Shown: positions 27,336 to 36,237 of the stretch, one piece after another
Numbering within the stretch: position 1 is the stretch's first letter
Layout: the number at the start of each line of letters is the position of its first letter
DNA from: Candidatus Adlerbacteria bacterium
GTDB taxonomy: Bacteria > Patescibacteriota > Minisyncoccia > Phycocordibacterales > SBAW01
Assembly (NCBI GenBank): GCA_029288895.1
Contig: JARIGK010000002.1
Span: forward strand, 29,545 to 93,544
Reading direction: 5' to 3'
DNA: 64,000 bases
The notes under the pieces: model-generated
The model's input: the letters and a program-made list of their open reading frames with translations, nothing else
Databases searched by the model: none
What the model was told of the DNA's origin: nothing
Translations under genes and position numbers: made by a program

Positions 27336-29202
27336 AGACCGCTTTAATGCGGCGGACGCCTTGCGCGACGGCTTCTTCTTTTTGGATTTTGAAATGTTTG
27401 CCACCAGTTGCCAACTCACCCGTGTGTCCGACGTGCGGGCCGCCGCAGAATTCAATTGAGAATGCGTTGTCGACAGGGCCGACAGAGTAGACAGAGACCA
27501 TATCTGGGTATTTAGCACCAAATTCGTGCTCTGCACCCAAACGCTCTGCCTCGTCTTTGCTCATTTCGGTGCGGACAACCGTAATGTCTTCGTTGATTTT
27601 TTCGTTGACGATGCGCTCAACTTCTTTTTTCTGCTCATCGGTCATCTTCGCACCGTAGTTAAAGTCGATACGCAAACGCTCTTGCGTGATGTTCGAGCCG
27701 CGCTGGTGAACTTCTGGCCCAAGCACGATCTGCAGCGCTTTAAGCAGCAAGTGGTGTGCGGTGTGGAGGCGGACGGTCTTTTCTTCCGTATCTGCCAAAC
27801 CGCCTTTAAATTTCTGCTCGGAACCCGAACGCGAAAGATCCTGATGCTTCTTGAGTAATTCCTTAAAGCCCTCAATATCGATTTGTTTGATGCCACGCTC
27901 CCCTGCCTCTTCGATAATCAATTCGAGCGGGAAACCAAACGTTGTCACAAGCTGGAATGCATCCTGTGCAGACACAGAACCGTTGCCAGTAAACCGCTCA
28001 AGCTCTTTCTTGCCGCGGGCAAGTGTTTTGCGGAACTTCTCTTCTTCACCAGAAATCGAAGCTTCGATCTCTTGGATCTTTTCAACAAGTTCTGGGTACT
28101 GGTCTTTGTACATATCGACAACCGGCTGCACAACCTGTGCAAACCCTGCCTCTGCGATGCCAAGTTTGTCTGCGTAGCGCACAGAGCGGCGGATAAGGCG
28201 GCGCACAAAGTAGCCTTGGTCTGCAGCGCCTGGTTTTACACCGTCGGCAATCAAAAAGACCGCTGCCTTCATGTGGTCGGCAATGATGCGGAAGGAACGT
28301 ACGTCGTCTTTGTATGACTTGCCCGATGCTTTTTCCAAATACTCGATGATAGGAGCATGATTGGATGTGATGATGTCTGGGCTGTTTGTTGCAGCCATAA
28401 CAATGCGCTCCAAACCGCCGCCGAAGTCGACGTTTTGTTTTGGAAGCAATGCAAATGTGCCATCATCTTGCTTGATGTACTGCATAAACACTGAGTTACC
28501 GATTTCGAGGAAGCGGCCGCAATCGCAGTTAGGGTGGCAGTGTTCGCCAAACTTCGTGTCGTGCGGCGTGCCAAAGTCGTAAAAGACTTCAGAGTCTGGG
28601 CCGCCTGGCTCGCCTGCCGGCATTTTGTCGGGCGTACCTGCGCGCGACCACCAGTTTTTCTTTGCGTCGTAGTAGAAGATGCGCTCGCCCTCTTTAATAC
28701 CCTTTATGTACCCATCTTCTTCCGAACCTATTTCTGCAACTTTTGCATCAATGCCTTTTCCTGCAAACAACTTCTGCCAGAGTTCTGCAGATTCTGTGTC
28801 TTTAGGCACGTTGTTTTTCTCATCACCTAAAAAGACAGTAACGTAGAGGTTCTTCGGGTCGAGACCAACCTCATCAACTAAAAACTCAAAAAACCACGGC
28901 AGCTGTTCTTGTTTAAAATAGTCACCAAGCGACCAGTTACCGAGCATCTCAAAGAAAGTCGTGTGGCGATTATCGCCCACTTCTTCAATATCGCCCGAGC
29001 GGAAGCACTTTTGGCTGTCGCAGATTCGAGCGCCCGCAGGGTGATTTTTGCCCAAAAGGTATGGCACCAACGGCTGCATACCTGAGCCGGTAAAGAGCGT
29101 TGTCGGGTCGTTCTGTGGTACGAGCGGCGACGACGGTATAACCGCATGCCCGCGCGCTTCATAGAACTTTAAATACTTTTGTCTAACCTCAGTAGGGGTC
29201 AT
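27328..29202 (-). CDS. alaS: Alanyl-tRNA synthetase, a short form lacking the C-terminal C-Ala domain.
   Basis: Class II AlaRS catalytic core (FTGSGMQP..., GNWSLGDYFK), editing-domain HxxxH (HTAHHLL) and CGGPHVGHTGE. It is 624 aa, versus about 870 in typical bacteria. Confidence 0.9.
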   Translation of the reverse strand: MTPTEVRQKYLKFYEARGHAVIPSSPLVPQNDPTTLFTGSGMQPLVPYLLGKNHPAGARICDSQKCFRSGDIEEVGDNRHTTFFEMLGNWSLGDYFKQEQLPWFFEFLVDEVGLDPKNLYVTVFLGDEKNNVPKDTESAELWQKLFAGKGIDAKVAEIGSEEDGYIKGIKEGERIFYYDAKKNWWSRAGTPDKMPAGEPGGPDSEVFYDFGTPHDTKFGEHCHPNCDCGRFLEIGNSVFMQYIKQDDGTFALLPKQNVDFGGGLERIVMAATNSPDIITSNHAPIIEYLEKASGKSYKDDVRSFRIIADHMKAAVFLIADGVKPGAADQGYFVRRLIRRSVRYADKLGIAEAGFAQVVQPVVDMYKDQYPELVEKIQEIEASISGEEEKFRKTLARGKKELERFTGNGSVSAQDAFQLVTTFGFPLELIIEEAGERGIKQIDIEGFKELLKKHQDLSRSGSEQKFKGGLADTEEKTVRLHTAHHLLLKALQIVLGPEVHQRGSNITQERLRIDFNYGAKMTDEQKKEVERIVNEKINEDITVVRTEMSKDEAERLGAEHEFGAKYPDMVSVYSVGPVDNAFSIEFCGGPHVGHTGELATGGKHFKIQKEEAVAQGVRRIKAVLE

Positions 29203-29250
29203 GCTGGGTATCGTACCAATTTTTTTGGCATTAGGGTATCATCAACATCT

Positions 29251-31197
29251 ATGAAGACTTCTCACAACCACTGGGGCTTTGACGTTAAAAATATGGACAA
29301 AACCGTCCGCCCGCAGGACGATTTTTACAATTACGCCAATGGCACGTGGATCAAGAAATCAAAAATCCCTCCAGAAGAGGCACAAGTCGGTAGTTTTTAT
29401 GATTTGCGCATAGATACTGAAAAGCAGCTCAAAGCGATTATGGATACGCTGCTTTTGAAGAAGCACAAAGCTGGCACCGCAGAACAAATGGTCTCCGACT
29501 ACTACCGTGCTGCAACAGACATGGATCGTCGAAACGCCCTGGGTATGTCGCCGCTTGCGCCGTTTCAAAAAAAGATTACGGACATCTCCAACCACATCGA
29601 GTTGTTTGAGACGCTCGCCTATTTACATAAAGAAGGAGTGTCTGGGGTGTGGAGTTGGTTCGTCGACCAAGACTCAAAAAACAGCACGGCCTACATTATG
29701 CACCTGTGGCAAGGCGGCTTGGGGCTTCCCGAGCGAGACTACTACTTGAAAGATGAGCCCGAGCAAAAGCGTGTCCGCGATGCATACATCGTACACGTCG
29801 AAAAGCTTCTCAAGTTGGCCTCCTTTTCTAAAAAGGATATTGAACGCGCTCAAGACATTGTGATGCGTATCGAAACTCGCCTCGCCCGCGCGTCGATGAA
29901 GAAGGAAGATGTCCGCGACCCAGAAAAGGTGTACCACAAAGTCTCACTTTCGCCGTTTTGGAAAACGTACTTTGCACGCGTTGGCGCCAAAAATATACAA
30001 AAGATGATTATGGGCCAGCCAGACTTCTTCAAGGAGGTCATGGTGATGTTTAAAGAAATCCCGCTCGATGAATGGAAGGTCTATTTGGAATGGCACCTCA
30101 TTAACGATTTTGCGGGCGCGCTGTCCGACCCGTTTGTAAAAGAAAATTTCCGTTTCTACAGCCAGGTGATGTATGGCACCAAAAAAATGAAGCCGCTCTG
30201 GCGCCGCGGACTTTCGGCGACCAATGGCGCACTTGGCGAGCCGTTTGGCACCCTCTACGTCAAAGCCTACTTCCCTGAGAGCGCAAAGAAGAAGATGGAC
30301 GCGCTCGTGAGCGACCTCTTTGATGTGTATGCGGAGCGCATGCAGAAGCTCGACTGGATGAGCCCTGCAACCAAGAAAAAAGCAATCACTAAACTTCGCG
30401 CTATCAGCCGCAAAATCGGCTATCCAAAAAAGTGGGACATGTACAAAGGCGTTGTCATTAAAGCTGACGACTATTTTGGCAACATCGAACGAGTCCACGT
30501 GCATGCGCACAACAAAACGATGCGGAAGCTGAGCAAAAGCGTCGACCGCAACGAATGGTTTATGTCGCCGCAGACAGTGAACGCATACTGCAGCCAGACG
30601 CTCAACGACATCGCCTTCCCTGCAGCAATCTTGCAGTGGCCGTTCTTTGACCCTAACGCCGATGACGCGCTCAACTACGCAGCTATTGGTTCGGTCATTG
30701 GCCACGAGATGACGCACGCGTTTGATGACAATGGCGCCAAGTTCGACATCAACGGCAATATGAAAAACTGGTGGACGCCTGCCGACAAAAAGAAATTTGA
30801 AGCAAAAGGAAAATTAGTCGTGCAGCAAGCAGATGCGTACGAGGTGCAGCCAGGTGTACGTATGAGCGGCAAACTTACGCTCGGCGAGAACATTGCCGAT
30901 TTGGGAGGCCTCGTTATTGGCTGGGATGCGTATCAAAAACGCCTTGAAAAAACCGGACGTAAAGATATTGATGGATTCTCGCCCGAACAGCGCTTCTTTT
31001 TGGCATTTGCACAGATGGAGCGTGCGAAATACCGCCCAGAAATTATTAAAGTTCGTGCGCTGACAGACCCGCACGCCGCAGCGCCGTTCCGTATCAATAT
31101 GCCAGTTGCAAACTTCGACCCGTTCTACGAAGTCTTTAATGTGCAAAAAGGCGACAAACTCTGGCGCGAGCCAAAAATGCGCGCACGCATCTGGTAA
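29251..31197 (+). CDS. pepO: M13-family zinc metalloendopeptidase (PepO/neprilysin-like).
   Basis: HEMTHAF zincin motif, GENIADLGG (ENxADxGG) and N-terminal DDFYNYANGTW. No signal peptide or TM is evident. The start at 29251 is preferred over 29179, which overlaps alaS. Confidence 0.85.
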   Translation: MKTSHNHWGFDVKNMDKTVRPQDDFYNYANGTWIKKSKIPPEEAQVGSFYDLRIDTEKQLKAIMDTLLLKKHKAGTAEQMVSDYYRAATDMDRRNALGMSPLAPFQKKITDISNHIELFETLAYLHKEGVSGVWSWFVDQDSKNSTAYIMHLWQGGLGLPERDYYLKDEPEQKRVRDAYIVHVEKLLKLASFSKKDIERAQDIVMRIETRLARASMKKEDVRDPEKVYHKVSLSPFWKTYFARVGAKNIQKMIMGQPDFFKEVMVMFKEIPLDEWKVYLEWHLINDFAGALSDPFVKENFRFYSQVMYGTKKMKPLWRRGLSATNGALGEPFGTLYVKAYFPESAKKKMDALVSDLFDVYAERMQKLDWMSPATKKKAITKLRAISRKIGYPKKWDMYKGVVIKADDYFGNIERVHVHAHNKTMRKLSKSVDRNEWFMSPQTVNAYCSQTLNDIAFPAAILQWPFFDPNADDALNYAAIGSVIGHEMTHAFDDNGAKFDINGNMKNWWTPADKKKFEAKGKLVVQQADAYEVQPGVRMSGKLTLGENIADLGGLVIGWDAYQKRLEKTGRKDIDGFSPEQRFFLAFAQMERAKYRPEIIKVRALTDPHAAAPFRINMPVANFDPFYEVFNVQKGDKLWREPKMRARIW

Positions 31198-31207
31198 AAG
31201 AAGGACC

Positions 31208-31438
31208 CTATTCGTCTAGGGTCCGATGGCTTCTGGGCCGCTCTATCATGAGCGTGGCGGTAATAACGATATCAGCACAGTACGCAGCACTTCCAAATGC
31301 TTGTCGAGCTGCTTGTCTGATAGCCTTCTGTTGCAATTCTTCTTCTGTCGAGGCGTACATTTCGAATGCGCCTCCCGTGATCGTATGGCTCAGTCGTGTA
31401 CCCTCTTTTACCCTCCAGGTAATTTTGTACCAACTCAT
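31208..31438 (-). CDS. Small hypothetical protein (76 aa).
   Basis: GGAGGG SD 6 nt upstream. The hairpin GGACCCTA-TTCGTC-TAGGGTCC plus T-rich tract at its 3' end acts as a terminator. It is antisense to the spurious 5' extension of the ung ORF. Confidence 0.4.
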   Translation of the reverse strand: MSWYKITWRVKEGTRLSHTITGGAFEMYASTEEELQQKAIRQAARQAFGSAAYCADIVITATLMIERPRSHRTLDE

Positions 31439-31469
31439 CCCTGGCCCTCCAATTTGTTACACTGCTGCT

Positions 31470-32156
31470 ATGGCCGAGCGCGACAGCAGTGCTGTAAAGA
31501 TCCCACCACTGTGGAAGGAGCTTGTCGTCGACGAGCTATCTAAACCGTATTTTACGGAGCTGACAAAAAGGGTGCGTGAAGAGTATCTGCATGAGGTAGT
31601 CTTTCCTCATCCGTCAAACATATTTCGCGCGTTCAATTATTTCGAACCACAAGACACCAAAGTGGTGATTTTGGGGCAAGACCCGTACCACACACCAGGT
31701 GTCGCGCACGGGCTCTCGTTTTCGACAGAAAGTTCAAACCCTATTCCCCCGTCGCTCCTCAATATCTTTAAAGAAATAGAGTTAGAGTACGGACAAAAAA
31801 TAAATCGCGACCCAGACTTAACTCGCTGGGCCAAGCAGGGTGTGTTGCTATTAAATGCATCGCTCACAGTAAAAGCAGGGCTTGCGAATTCTCATGCCGA
31901 CTATGGCTGGCACATATTTACAGACGCTGTCATACAAGCTCTTTCAGAAAAACACGAGCATATCGTCTTTTTACTCTGGGGCGCATTTGCTGGCAAAAAA
32001 GAAGCAGAGATAGATTCTTCAAAACATCTGATTTTAAAATCAGTGCACCCGTCGCCTCTCTCTGCCCACCGCGGCTTCTTTGGTTCGAACCATTTCAAAC
32101 TCGCGAACGACTACCTCAAACAAAACGGCCGCACTGAAATAGATTGGGTTTCATAA
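31470..32156 (+). CDS. ung: Uracil-DNA glycosylase (family 1).
   Basis: GQDPYH water-activating loop, HPSPLS leucine loop and LLLN motifs. The start is at the internal Met (MAERD...); the upstream extension is spurious. Confidence 0.9.
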   Translation: MAERDSSAVKIPPLWKELVVDELSKPYFTELTKRVREEYLHEVVFPHPSNIFRAFNYFEPQDTKVVILGQDPYHTPGVAHGLSFSTESSNPIPPSLLNIFKEIELEYGQKINRDPDLTRWAKQGVLLLNASLTVKAGLANSHADYGWHIFTDAVIQALSEKHEHIVFLLWGAFAGKKEAEIDSSKHLILKSVHPSPLSAHRGFFGSNHFKLANDYLKQNGRTEIDWVS

Positions 32157-32169
32157 AAGAAAAAAGCCG

Positions 32170-32577
32170 TTACTCATAACGGCCAGTCCGATTGAACGTA
32201 TCTTTTTTCTTTAATTGTTCAAGCTTTGTACATTCAAAACAGCGATCCTGACTATTCACAGGATTCCGAACTGCTTTTGTAGATCGGAGCTCGTAATCAC
32301 CACAACTGCACCGGACTACCCAGCGACCATTCGCTCCCCCATTTTTTATTTTCTTTTCCTGACGTCTGTATTTGCCGATGACAGTAAATCTTCCAAAAAT
32401 CGTCCCTGTAAGATTTGGCATACCAAAAGGAACGGGTTCGGTTTTTGGAGGTGCTTTCCAGTGCCTTTCATTTTCTGGAATATTCACCTCAAAATGAGCT
32501 CCTCTGCCTAAGACTTTTCCTGCATTAGTGTCGATTGGAACTGAGGTCGGCGAGTTGTATATCTTACTTATTTTCAA
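32170..32577 (-). CDS. Hypothetical protein with a C-terminal zinc-ribbon-like Cys cluster (135 aa, TTG start).
   Basis: CSCG...(17)...CFEC motif. GGGAG SD 7 nt upstream of the TTG. It lies in an AT-rich patch. A hairpin plus T-tract terminator sits at its 3' end, on the minus strand. Confidence 0.4.
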   Translation of the reverse strand: MKISKIYNSPTSVPIDTNAGKVLGRGAHFEVNIPENERHWKAPPKTEPVPFGMPNLTGTIFGRFTVIGKYRRQEKKIKNGGANGRWVVRCSCGDYELRSTKAVRNPVNSQDRCFECTKLEQLKKKDTFNRTGRYE

Positions 32578-32628
32578 CTGGAACTCCCTTGTATCTGTAT
32601 CTATAAAAACACAGAGTCATGTAACAAA

Positions 32629-33075
32629 TCAAGCGTGGTGGTATTTGCCACCGTCCAATATTGAAGTGGCGCGGTAGAGTTGCTCGGTGATGATGAGGCG
32701 CGCGAGCATGTGCGGAAAGACGAGCGATGAAAGTTTAAGTGTGAGGTCGGCGCGAGCTTTCACCTCATCTGCAGCGCCAAATGCTCCGCCGATTATGATG
32801 GCAAGCCTCTTGGTAGACTGCTGTTCAAGCTTTGAAATTAATTTTGCCAAGCCAGGGCTGTCTATGTCATTCCCCCGCTCATCAAGGAGGACGACGAAAT
32901 CATCGTCTTTAAGAGCTTTCAAAATCGCTTTTGCCTCAGTTTCTTTGTCGGACGGTTTTGGCAGCAACCACTCTATAGGCAAACGCTTTGAAAGGCGTTT
33001 TTCATACTCACCAATCGCATCTTTGAGTGATGCGTCGTGATTCTTGCCCGGTGAGATAATTAAAACTTTCATCAT
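32629..33075 (-). CDS. rlmH: 23S rRNA (pseudouridine1915-N3)-methyltransferase RlmH (SPOUT).
   Basis: 148 aa. Motifs LAIIIGGAFG and LSSLVFPHMLARLIITEQLYRA are typical of RlmH. Confidence 0.85.
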   Translation of the reverse strand: MMKVLIISPGKNHDASLKDAIGEYEKRLSKRLPIEWLLPKPSDKETEAKAILKALKDDDFVVLLDERGNDIDSPGLAKLISKLEQQSTKRLAIIIGGAFGAADEVKARADLTLKLSSLVFPHMLARLIITEQLYRATSILDGGKYHHA

Positions 33076-33383
33076 CTGCGGGTCTTTTTTACTGCATTCT
33101 CAGCGCGAATGGCGCCCTCTTCTTCCAAGAGTTTTAATTTGCGCGCAGCACCGCCACGGTTGTAGTCGCCCATTTTACCGTCCGAGCGGATAACACGGTG
33201 ACACGGCACCGTAGGATCGTAGTTCATCGACATGATATAGCCCACAGCGCGCGCGGCGCCTGACTTTCCAGCCTTTTTGGCAACCTCGCCGTAGGTCATG
33301 GTTTTACCTTTTGCGATCTTACGCACCACTGCACGCACATCGTTTGCAAATTTAGAAGAGGGTGGAGTTTTCAGTGTTCTCAT
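33072..33383 (-). CDS. Methylated-DNA-protein-cysteine methyltransferase C-terminal (DNA-binding/active-site) domain only.
   Basis: TYGEVAKKAG...AARAVGYIMSMN...PCHRVI shows the active-site PCHR motif. It is 103 aa with no N-terminal MGMT domain. Confidence 0.8.
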   Translation of the reverse strand: MRTLKTPPSSKFANDVRAVVRKIAKGKTMTYGEVAKKAGKSGAARAVGYIMSMNYDPTVPCHRVIRSDGKMGDYNRGGAARKLKLLEEEGAIRAENAVKKTRR

Positions 33384-34221
33384 ACGAGTCAGCTATCTTT
33401 TTGCTTTTAATGGCTGGGGCTTGTGGGATGGTTGGTGCGGCAGAGGCAGCGGATGGTTTGGGCATATATGGCTGCAGCGCCTGGCCTACCGCTTCTCTAT
33501 AGGTGCAGTAGTCGCAGTCTGCGCCTGGCTTTGGAAGCGCATCGCTGTCGAGGCATGCTTTCAAATCAATAAGCGTGCCTTCGATCCAGTCGGTATTACC
33601 TTTGTACGGCACGAGTGTGAGTTCGAAATCAAGTTGGCCGTCGAACGCCTCGCGGTCTTTGGTGGCATTCGCATAAAACCAATATCCCATATCAGATACT
33701 TTGAAGCCGTTTTTGCGAAGAAGCCACTGATACACTTCCAACTGGCGTTTATAGCCGCGATGCCATTCTTCGTCCAATGATTCGATGCGAGCATCTTTGC
33801 TGGTTGCTTTGTAGTCGATCACGATAAGCTCACCATCGCTGTTGACCCAAATATCGTCGACACCGCCGCGCACCGTGAGCCCCGTCTCTGGGTGCACGTA
33901 CTTAACACCTTGGCTGAGTGCGTTGCGCCATTCATCCATCTTTTCGTGATTGAACGGAATAGCATCCAAGCCGTACTCTTTCGCGAGCGGGTGCTGCGTC
34001 CCTTGTGCGCGGTGTGTATCGAGTTCTTTTTTGAGCAATGCGTCGACCGCGGAGTTTAAGTTAAATGGGAAGCCCGGCGGACGCGCCGTACCCAATTTAT
34101 TGTCGATGTAAAAACATCGAGCACACTCCATGAAGAGGTCGATTTTGGAGCGGGACAGCGTCCATTTGGGGCCGCCGTAGTTATAGTCGGGCCTGCGATG
34201 TGGTTTGTAGTAGGAGCTCAT
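33352..34221 (-). CDS. PD-(D/E)xK nuclease-superfamily protein, Cas4/RecB-like, with Fe-S-type cysteines.
   Basis: Motifs GGVDDIWV...LIVIDYKATS (D..D-x-K) and QLEVYQWLL (QxxxY). An N-terminal C-A-R-C and a C-terminal C...C-D-Y-C give a 4-Cys pattern like the Cas4/AddB iron-sulfur module. It is standalone, with no cas genes nearby. Confidence 0.6.
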   Translation of the reverse strand: MSSYYKPHRRPDYNYGGPKWTLSRSKIDLFMECARCFYIDNKLGTARPPGFPFNLNSAVDALLKKELDTHRAQGTQHPLAKEYGLDAIPFNHEKMDEWRNALSQGVKYVHPETGLTVRGGVDDIWVNSDGELIVIDYKATSKDARIESLDEEWHRGYKRQLEVYQWLLRKNGFKVSDMGYWFYANATKDREAFDGQLDFELTLVPYKGNTDWIEGTLIDLKACLDSDALPKPGADCDYCTYREAVGQALQPYMPKPSAASAAPTIPQAPAIKSKKIADSYENTENSTLF

Positions 34222-34245
34222 AGAATAGGATTTCCCTATTCTACC

Positions 34246-34695
34246 TTACTTAGGCTCTACGCCCCAACGTGCGCGAACTTTACGTTCCAAACGCGAGAAG
34301 AGCGTAAATATCAGGAGAGAAATCACAGCAGTAGCGACAGCTAAAATATAGAAACCAAAGCCGCATGCCATACCAACAGCCGAGACAACCCAAATACCCG
34401 ACGCGGTAGTCAGTTCAAGATGGTCGCCGCGATAGATAGCCAAACCGCTGCCGATAAAGCCGATCCCAACAACAATAGAACCAGCAATTTGGAGTGGGTT
34501 TACGCCAGAGAAGATCGAGAGGCTATATGCCGCGAGTGTGCCCACGAGTACAAACAACGCCGAACCAAGCGACACCATCGCGTACGTGCGCATGCCTGCG
34601 TGTTTACCGGCGACAGAACGCTCGAGCCCCATGGCCATACCAAGGATGGCTGCGACAACCAAACGGACAGCGAACGTCATTTCAATACCTGTCAT
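34246..34695 (-). CDS. mgtC: MgtC/SapB family membrane protein.
   Basis: 149 aa. AAILGMAMGLER and 4 TM helices are typical of the MgtC N-terminal domain. Confidence 0.8.
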   Translation of the reverse strand: MTGIEMTFAVRLVVAAILGMAMGLERSVAGKHAGMRTYAMVSLGSALFVLVGTLAAYSLSIFSGVNPLQIAGSIVVGIGFIGSGLAIYRGDHLELTTASGIWVVSAVGMACGFGFYILAVATAVISLLIFTLFSRLERKVRARWGVEPK

Positions 34696-34720
34696 ATGCC
34701 TTGTAGTATACGGCTAGTTT

Positions 34721-35356
34721 TTACTTCGTCTCGAACTTCACCCACAACGGATTGCCGTTTGCATCACGAACAGCAGGGTCATTTGCCATTGAGAATTTGT
34801 GATCGCCGTCATCGCGCGCTTCGCCGACAAAATATGTCTGGCCTGGCAATGTGCCACGCAGAAGGTCGACTGCGCCGCTTGTGCGGCCGGACGTAAAGAG
34901 TGCTGCGCCCAAGACATTCCCTGGCTGGCCATTGTAATTTTCGTAGACAACAATCCAGGTTGGTACAGAGACGCGCACGTTTGCAACTGTGATTTCAAGC
35001 CCTGCGTCTTGCGGCGATGGAATAGTGACGCTGCCATCCTGAAGCGAGGATCCTGTTGTAGTGCCCGCTGCGTTTCCGCTATTGTTCCACGCTGCGGCGG
35101 TCTTTTCAGTTTCCGGAGCTTTACTCTTGCTTGCAAAGGTTGCCCAGCCGATTCCCACAACTGCAAGGAGCGCAACAATGATACCTACGTTACGAAATGT
35201 GTTGCTTTTCTGTACAGGAGCCTGCGATTTTTTTGTTGAGCTTGGAGTAAAACCTGGTTTATTCTGCGGTTCTGTTTTCTGAGTTGAGGTTGTCAGCGGT
35301 TGCGACCATGACAACTGTGCCTTCTTTTCGCCCCCGTTCTGATTATTCGCATCCAT
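34721..35356 (-). CDS. Hypothetical membrane-anchored extracytoplasmic protein (211 aa).
   Basis: N-terminal low-complexity region, one TM (VGIIVALLAVVGIGWA) and a C-terminal beta-rich domain. Confidence 0.45.
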   Translation of the reverse strand: MDANNQNGGEKKAQLSWSQPLTTSTQKTEPQNKPGFTPSSTKKSQAPVQKSNTFRNVGIIVALLAVVGIGWATFASKSKAPETEKTAAAWNNSGNAAGTTTGSSLQDGSVTIPSPQDAGLEITVANVRVSVPTWIVVYENYNGQPGNVLGAALFTSGRTSGAVDLLRGTLPGQTYFVGEARDDGDHKFSMANDPAVRDANGNPLWVKFETK

Positions 35357-35390
35357 ACGTATGAGTCCTGATTTATCTAAGTAAAAAGCG

Positions 35391-36236
35391 CTACGGCTTA
35401 ATCATACTCAGGGGGGTTCTCGCACACAAGGCAGCGGCTTCGTGGAGGACATCTTCAACACGCTTCCCCGCAATACCAACCCCTTCAAGGATGTCAGGGT
35501 GGCCCAAAAGGTCGCGGCAGAGCACTAATTTTTGGCTTAGAAGGGCGATTTTTTCGTGTTTGGTGAGTGTTGTGAGCGCCGTTGTCGGGTACATCCTGTG
35601 GGTTTCAATCCTGGAGTGCAAATTGCTTTTGTTCGGGTAGTCCCAGCCCAAAAGTTCGAGACCTTGGCATGACGCATACTCGATAGCCCTGCCGGTAAAT
35701 TTAGTGTTAGTGACGATAAGGCCCGCTACTGTTTCGTGCGGCTTTGCGTTCCGTATATCATCGATGCGGGCTTTGACATAGAGCGCAACTTTCAAATCGC
35801 TTTTGAGCGCCGCAGTATTGTGGAATTTTGCCTCAACGAAATAGTTGATGCCGTCCTTCTCCATAACCACGTCAACTTCGTGTTCGACGCAGCCGCCTTG
35901 CACTATTTGGTCGGTTTTGACGTGCTCATACCCTTCTGCACGGAACAGCTCGCCTAGAAATGTTTCAAACGGGAAGCCTGTGGGGCCAAATTCAAGCAGA
36001 GCGCGCTTCAATGAGTAATGTGCAGCGGCTTCGCGTCGATGTTCGCGGAGCAATGCAAACGCGTGATGATAAATTTTTTCGGTTGGAATGCCGTCGTAAA
36101 GCTCACTCTGAACCTTTTCAACAATGTGGACGGTTGCTTCTTCGTCGGCGCCTGCTTTATGGAGTGATGTGCGGAGCTTCAGTGGGTCAAATGGTTCTGT
36201 CGTACCGTCGGCCTTCGCAACAAGTATTGTTGGCAT
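35391..36236 (-). CDS. ATP-cone domain fused to a restriction-endonuclease-like (PD-(D/E)xK, Mrr-like) domain.
   Basis: N-terminal MPTILVAKADGTTEPFDPLKLRTSLHKAG... is an ATP-cone. The following region GYEHVKTDQIVQGGCVEHEVDVVMEKDGINYFVEAKFH has an E..D..E.K nuclease core. The start at the internal Met abuts the upstream stop codon. Confidence 0.6.
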   Translation of the reverse strand: MPTILVAKADGTTEPFDPLKLRTSLHKAGADEEATVHIVEKVQSELYDGIPTEKIYHHAFALLREHRREAAAHYSLKRALLEFGPTGFPFETFLGELFRAEGYEHVKTDQIVQGGCVEHEVDVVMEKDGINYFVEAKFHNTAALKSDLKVALYVKARIDDIRNAKPHETVAGLIVTNTKFTGRAIEYASCQGLELLGWDYPNKSNLHSRIETHRMYPTTALTTLTKHEKIALLSQKLVLCRDLLGHPDILEGVGIAGKRVEDVLHEAAALCARTPLSMIKP

Positions 36237-36237
36237 A

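Noticed and set aside
29944-30717. 257-aa minus-strand ORF.
   Set aside because: It lies entirely inside, and antisense to, the well-supported M13 peptidase gene (HEMTHAF, ENIADLGG motifs on the plus strand).
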